Shown piece by piece: positions 50,036-56,549 of a stretch of 56,549 nt of DNA. The stretch is from Salisapilia sapeloensis CBS 127946 (taxonomy: Eukaryota; Protista; Oomycota): contig JAADVB010000112.1 in the NCBI GenBank assembly GCA_023334545.1, forward strand, positions 1 through 56,549. Reading direction: 5' to 3'. Position 1 is the first letter of the stretch; each line of letters opens with the position of its first letter. The notes below the pieces were generated by a model. That model was given only the letters and a program-made list of their open reading frames with translations, searched no databases and was not told the DNA's origin. Position numbers and translations under genes: made by a program.

Positions 50036-52438
50036 TCAATGTTGATCATGTCTTGTTTCGACGTGGGATAGTGCTAGCAGTAGACTTTGCAATCCGTCCT
50101 GAAACTTGGCATGCACAAAGTCCACCGACAGGGAAAGTTGATCAGAGAGTTCCACTAGGTTTCTACGGCAAGAAATGGTAATGTAAAATATACAGTGACA
50201 ATCGTGAAAATGCACATACTCCTTTTTATTTGCGGGTAGATCTTCGATCCAATCTTCGATATCTTTATCTCTCATTAGGTGCTGATGGATCCGGTCTTCT
50301 GCTTCTTGCTTGTAGTATTCACTAGTTCTAGTAACAAGATTTTCTAGCTCTTGAAGATTCTGAATATCTACGTCTCTCTCAGGACAGTTATTCATGTTCT
50401 TCAAAGAGCTTTCAAAAGATTTTCGACTGCTTTTGTCGTGGAGAAATGAAAGAAATGGATGACTTTGCAGTCCTGATGCGCTCCAACGATATTCCGGATC
50501 TTGCTCCAAGCATTTGGACAGAAAATCTTTAAAAGTAGACGAGATGCCGGATGGCATATCAGGCGGCTACGACAGCAAAATTGAAACAGCTTAGTGTAAT
50601 GTAGCAGCGACGACCATGCCGATATATGTACCGTGTGATTTCGGATTGCCCCAAGAAGTTCCCAGTATCCGACTTTGTTGCCATAAGGGAAACGACCAAG
50701 TGCACAGGCGAGCACAGTAAGGCCAAATGACCATATATCAGACTCGTACGAATACGCCTATATCGCATATGGCAACAGGAAAGCTCAATAAATTAAACAA
50801 GTAAAGATGACAGTATCCGTTTGATGCTCACTCACCTCTCCACTTATACGCTCAGGCGACATATAACACATCGTCCCGACAAATGTAGTCGCTTTCGTAA
50901 CTGAGCCAGACATTTCTTTAGCAATCCCAAAGTCAGCTAGCTTCACACCTTTGCGATGAATAAGTAGGTTGGATGGCTTTATATCGCGATGAAGTAATCT
51001 TCTGCTATGAAGGAATGCAAGTGCCTTCAAAATATCACTACAAATCTGTGCGAGTACTACTTCATCTTGAATTCCTCCTGCATCGACAACGTCTTGAATC
51101 GATCCTTTTGGCATGTACTCAAACACGACAGCAACGGTGCCATCATTCGGACTCATAAAAGCATCGAATAAACGCACTACTTCAGGACAACATATATCAC
51201 GTTCATGTGGCGACTGTCCGCTTGCTTTCGATTGATGTATCATCCTCGATTCGGCCTTTGTTTTATATGCGGACTTCTTTGGACCAGGATAAAAATTATG
51301 GTGCAGGGTCTTGAGCTCCGTAACGAGTTGATGACGCTTTTCACTCTCATGGACAGCCATGACCTTAATTGCAACAAGCGCCAGTAAGCCAATGTGAAAA
51401 GCTTTATGAACCACTCCACTGCTTCCTCGCCCAAGAAGATCGAGCTTTAGCACTTGCTTCCTCTTACCAGGTATCCTGGTCGCTTTATTTACTTCTGAAT
51501 CCCCATTTCCATAGTCTCCAGGATGCTCAGAAGGTATGGAGAGCGGCTGATTCTCGTCAAATACAGGTGCGGATAGTCCACTTTGGCGAATACGAAATCC
51601 GGCGGTAGTGAGTGTTCCCGATGAAGAGAATTCATGTGAGGCATCGTTCGATTTTCCCATCGACTCTTGTAGCTCAAGTCGAAAGACAGAGTCTTTAACA
51701 GGCGTGCGCTTACAATCTCTACATTCGGGCTTAGCATCCGTAGCATTAGGCGGAAGCCGTTTTGCGTGAAGTACAGGACTTTGAGTGTGAAAACGGTTTG
51801 GTGGCGAAAACTCGTCTTCTTCCTCGCCTTTAATGTCGTCAATATCGAATGCAAAGCGGCGGCGAGAGCTAAATGTCGACAAATGCATAAGTAAAGAGCG
51901 CGTGGTATGACTCACAAAAGAATTTGTGAATCCAATTAATAGTCTCAGGTTACCTTGGTGTTGATTTAGTCGTTGGGCAATCTAGTTTGTTATCGGTTTC
52001 TTTGAAGCCGACAGGCATTGAAGACGCCTCCCAAGTTGTAGCACTGAGATCTAGCCACGAGTTTTTCCTGTTGACTTCTTGCTGAGTAGCTTGACTTCTA
52101 GTGTGCTTTTCCACCTGATTATTTATCGTATCGCTTAGATGCTCCGCAGGATTCCTCTTGCCGGCGACATCTTTATCAGCTACTTTGTGATCATAGACTA
52201 GATAAGCAGAGCCACGCTCAGAATAGCGTTTCTTGTGCTTTTCCTGATTAAAACTAGATGACTTGGGTTCCGACTCTTCAAGTGCGAGCGAACTGCTGTG
52301 CGAATAGCCATGTCCAGAAGAATCTCGCTTGTACTGGAAGTCTGTACTGAAGATAGCAGGCTGCCGCAACTTCGACGGACGGTCGCTTCTGTTACCCCAC
52401 CTGTCAGCCAAGGTATCGATATTCAGCAATTCAAGCAA
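50036..52438 (-). CDS. MAP kinase kinase (STE7 family) with a long Ser-rich N-terminus, multi-exon
   Basis: [32 protein letters not shown], activation loop [27 protein letters not shown], and [24 protein letters not shown]. The ORF 51950-52438 splices in (TPS|SRRRF). The 5' end is uncertain. Confidence 0.87.
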
Positions 52439-52802
52439 TGACTCACCGAAAAGACTTTGCCTCGGTGTCTGGAAGCTGCATCTGCCTGGGAGCGCGCTTG
52501 TTGTTCGGCTAGCACGCGATATCGTAGATCAGTCACCTCTCTGCTGTGGTTATGCAAATAGCCTAGAGAGAGTGAGGTTCATCTTACCATTTCGAGATAA
52601 GTTTTTGTTTAGGATCAATAGATTGGAACGCCGAGCTATTCTGAAGAAATGTTATATATGTCTTCATGGTCTGAAACTGACATTTATCAACCATTGCATT
52701 TGTTACAGTCACCGACAAGGAATACAAGTCAACATACTCCGAAAAGGACCCATGGTTATGTGCGACTCGGATACTCTCCAATCACCACGTTTATAAAGAC
52801 CG

Positions 52803-55274
52803 CTACTCTTCTTCTAAATCTGGATCCTTTGTCTCCGACCTAGTCTTTCCATCACCCACTTCCATCTTGGTACTCAACACAATGGATGCAGGCGATCCAG
52901 GCCATGGTAAGGATCCTTTAAACTGCGACTGAAGCTTTTGCAACTGCGCACGAGGCTTCAGTTCCTTCAAAAACGACGGTCTACCCAACTTTTGCTTGGC
53001 GAGATTGCGACCAACGACCTTAAGTGACTCGACGCACTTCACTCCAACCACGTGCATGAGCAAAGCAATTGAAGACTCATGATAATATATAATGCACATA
53101 CCAGGTGATGACCGGATCGCTGAGTACAATAGTATGCGCAGACTGGAGCTTCTGATGCACATCTATGCAGTTACTTTGTTTAAAAGACATGACACCCTCG
53201 TACTAAATGTCCTTCTTACTCGCGCTTTTGAAAGAGTTCATACGCTCGTTCTTTCCATACACGAGCAATCTCCTTGGCTTCTTTCATCGAGAGCATCGGT
53301 CCTAGCTTTAACGCCACCTCCAAGTCGCTCTCAGGGTCCATGAACTGGTAATCCTGGAATAACTCTTGCTCACTACTGTTCTGGTCTTCGAATTTATTAC
53401 CAGGCTTGCGCTCCCAAATGCGCTTCGTAGTAATGTACGGAGGAAAAGCAGTTGTGTCTACTGCATTCGCATACACTTTGACATCACTTGCGTCACTTCC
53501 TTCAAATGGTCGGTCTGTATACAGTCGAAAGTCAAAACCCTACACACTACGATACAGAAGCTACGCTAGGAAGGTACCTAATTGGACTCGTTGGCTCTGT
53601 TTGTCGTATCCAACAGCCCAGTAGTTGACGCCATCGATGATCAATTGTTGATTTGATGCGAGGAAAACGCTGACGTCCGTAGAAGCATGCATCGATGTTC
53701 CCTCTTTAGCGATAGAAAAGGAGCCAGGGAGAACCGTAGTGGCTGGGCGAAATACGACTGCATACAACCAGCTCTGTCGTCCACCTTCATCCATTGACTT
53801 TTCTCTCTTCTTTGCTATTAAATCGAGCTCTTGCGGTTTCTGAGCGAAATAGACTTGCTTCTGCTCTGAAGTGGCTAGTGGCGATGTGATAGCAGTCACT
53901 TGCGCTTGTACGAATTGTACAAGTTTGGTTAAGAAGCTTTGGTAGTTCATACGATGAAGGTCCTGCTTGTTGTAACTGTTCTGGTACAGGTGAACGTCAG
54001 CCGCATACGCTTCAGCATACACTGCCGTTTTAGCAGAAGAAGAAGCTTGTAGCTTTGCAGTAGAGAACACTTGATAAAGACTAGGTTCCGTCGATTGTTG
54101 TGAAAACAAGAGTGGAAATTTCTCTTGTAGGATTGTGTCGAGATCGACGTCAGCTGTCGTAGCTACACGATCGATATATCAGTCATAAATATTTGCAAAA
54201 AGATTTTTGATAACATACATTGGAGTAGAGAATTCACCATGTCATTCACTTGGTTCGTATAGCACTCCAAGTGCTCTCGAGATACATACGGGAGTAGCTG
54301 ACGAAGAAACACAGTGACACCAATCGCTCTCTGGACAAGCGTAGAGGTGACTCCCTTTTACACTCATAGATTGTATATAGATGGTTATAGTTACCTCCTT
54401 TTGCACTTGAATTGACTCTTCCATTGCTACACAAGTACCCATATGAGTTTTATACGTTCAATGTCTATGTAGTGTCCAAAAGACTACAAACAAAAAATAG
54501 AAAATTACCGGCAGAAGTACTCTCGACTTGAGCTAAGATCTCAAGCACACGCTCTGGTGGTCTTGATAACGTTCGTACAAGCGATAGAGGGGTGACGCCT
54601 GCTCTCGACTTGCAATTCGGGTCTGCTCCACGGTCAAGCAAAGACTGCACTACCTGCAAACGACCATGTAACTGCTTTCTCCTACTAAAGATGTTTGTCT
54701 AAAGACCTCATACCTTGGAGAAACCAGCCATTGCAGCAACATGCAGTGGTGTATTCCCAAACTATAGTACACAACCAAGTCACAACGTCTACTACGCGAC
54801 AGATACCTTTCTTTTAATACATACTGCATCCGTAATATTTGGATCAAAGCCTGCCTTGTCAATGAGGAACTCTGATACTTTCACCTTTGGAGGTTCTCTC
54901 GCCATACTCACTTCCACTGCTACATGCAACAAGCTCTGTCCTTGTTCATTCCGGATTACCGTCGGATCCACTTGCCAGTGCTTCAAGCCATCACGTGTTG
55001 GAATGACACCGGTTCTTAGCCACGTTGACAGGATATTGTACTTGGCACTACTCGCTTGATCGAACAGTGCGTGAAGAACGGCATTCTCGACGCTCTTGGC
55101 GCTTGCGAACCGGTGGGATTGTTGAAAGACAGCATCTTCCGATGCTCGTGCAGACGCTAGACGATGCACACGGGTCTTCAAGTCTTTTACCTGAAGTCGA
55201 AGTAGTGATACTTCGTCTGGCTCTGTGTTGGAAAGACTTAGTTCTGCGAGCTGCCTCGAGGCTTCTTCGACCAT
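52803..55274 (-). CDS. Ankyrin-repeat protein with an N-terminal coiled coil and an unrecognised C-terminal region, multi-exon
   Basis: GQSLLHVAV, AGFDPN, GNTPLHVAA and LLDRGADPN...GVTPL. Downstream ORFs (53561-54109, 53216-53476, 52803-53162) can be linked by GT-AG introns, but the linkage is inferred. Confidence 0.6.
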
Positions 55275-56549
55275 ACTGATAGCGATTCGAGTACCGCAAC
55301 TTCGATATGAAACTAATATTATGAAATACTGTTTATCGTTTCATATTAAAAACGTCCGTTGGATTTGAAAATTACGCATTTGGTATCGTCTCATTAAGGA
55401 TACAGTAGTCTATTGCTATTCAGGTTTCCATTGCGTGCACGTAAGCGGGAGTGAGGACAGTAACGAGCGATATTGCCTCGTATTGAGTGTATAGAAGTTA
55501 ACGTATACAGCTACGAATGATTGTAGCTATATACTACTTGCACGGCGAGGAACAGTCGAGGAATGCATTTGAGACCAGGGCTTGAAATCGAACCAGGGAA
55601 ATGTGGAAATATGGAAGCACGGACAAGTGACGATTTCCTTTACTGGACGTGTATCTACCCTTTCTGAACATGAACAATTAGAGCCTTGATTTGGCTGCTT
55701 GCTGCCTGCGACTCTACAGATCCTGCATGGACGGTGCCTGTTGTTGTTTACGCTAGATTCACTCATGCATAAGCCGTACCATACATGCCATGGATACCAT
55801 CACCTGGTCAATTGATACTACATTGCTAAGCCACGTTGTATGATCGGAGCCAAGCTAAAATAGATTTACCTCCGTAAGCGCCAAGTGTAGGTTTGACTTT
55901 TCCGAGTACTCTCTTCCATCACGGAGCAGCGATCTGAAGAGGGATTCATCCTTTACCTTTACCTTTTTCTGGTTCATGGTGAAAGAAGACGTTTGTATTT
56001 GACCTCAAAGTGTGAAAATAGCTGTATTATGCTAGCCGATTACCTGGATGATTATTCTATTGAGAAAAAGTGCAGTCGCACTATTCAAGACTGCTTCCAA
56101 ATATATCCCAACTTGTCCGACAAGAGTTGTATTTGGCTCGGATAGAGGTCAATATACACGCCAAGTCGAAGAGTGGTGGCTTCTGGACCAGGCGCGTTCA
56201 GATAGCGGCTTTGTACCTATCGAGAATTTTTTGGGCGTAATTGAGTTATTCTTTTACAACACCGATACGGTAGGGACGGTATAAGCCTCACCAAAGCACT
56301 AGAACTCCTCGGCATGCAAACGTGAATCCCATCCAACGTCTCCAGACAAAACTATATTCTTTAGTTATCGCGACCAAAAATCAGGTCTACTCAATAAAAT
56401 GAACGATAAAACAAGAAAGCACCAAACGAGCATTTCTGCGATCTTTATCGATAGGTTTGAATGCCCAGAGCTCCAGATCGTCGTGACCACCTTAGTGAGC
56501 GCGACGAGTTTCAAAATGCACTTCATCCCGGCAGCTGATGTGCTGTATC

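Noticed and set aside
55300-56549. Exon-like fragments near the right edge (e.g. MNQKKVKVKDESLF..., GGHDDLELWAFKPIDK)
   Set aside because: Could not be assembled into a consistent open frame or matched to any family; may be part of a gene truncated by the window.

Overview
Gene-dense eukaryotic DNA with the standard genetic code and short GT-AG introns (mostly about 50-66 nt). It is most consistent with a flagellated stramenopile, probably an oomycete or a relative; the evidence is oomycete-type ankyrin repeats, an RJL GTPase, the IFT-dynein Tctex chain and multi-PAS hybrid kinases, so the taxon is an inference. About 23 genes can be supported: SDS22, two PX proteins, HSF, RNase H2A, ankyrin-HECT, RING-UBL-TM, TCTEX1D2, RJL, RGS-RGS-DENN, GCP5, a disrupted ankyrin gene, Era, F-box-LamG, Rab18, CenH3, a MAPKK and several orphans. 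No rRNA, tRNA, CRISPR array or transposon was recognised. The standout is a pair of paralogous, apparently intronless, soluble 'unorthodox' hybrid histidine kinases in inverted orientation. HK1 is 3344 aa with 20 PAS domains and HK2 is about 1860 aa with 9; both continue HisKA-HATPase-REC-HPt. Both open frames end in a CaaX box (CGVM, CALM), and in HK2 a candidate intron could remove it. Their PAS units resemble the plant phytochrome PAS-repeat output module. The HK1 array shows a 1080-nt higher-order repeat, and HK1 and HK2 share a 75/76-nt identical tract that suggests gene conversion. HK2 lies tail-to-tail with a MAPKK. All homology calls come from motif recognition by eye, not from database searches.
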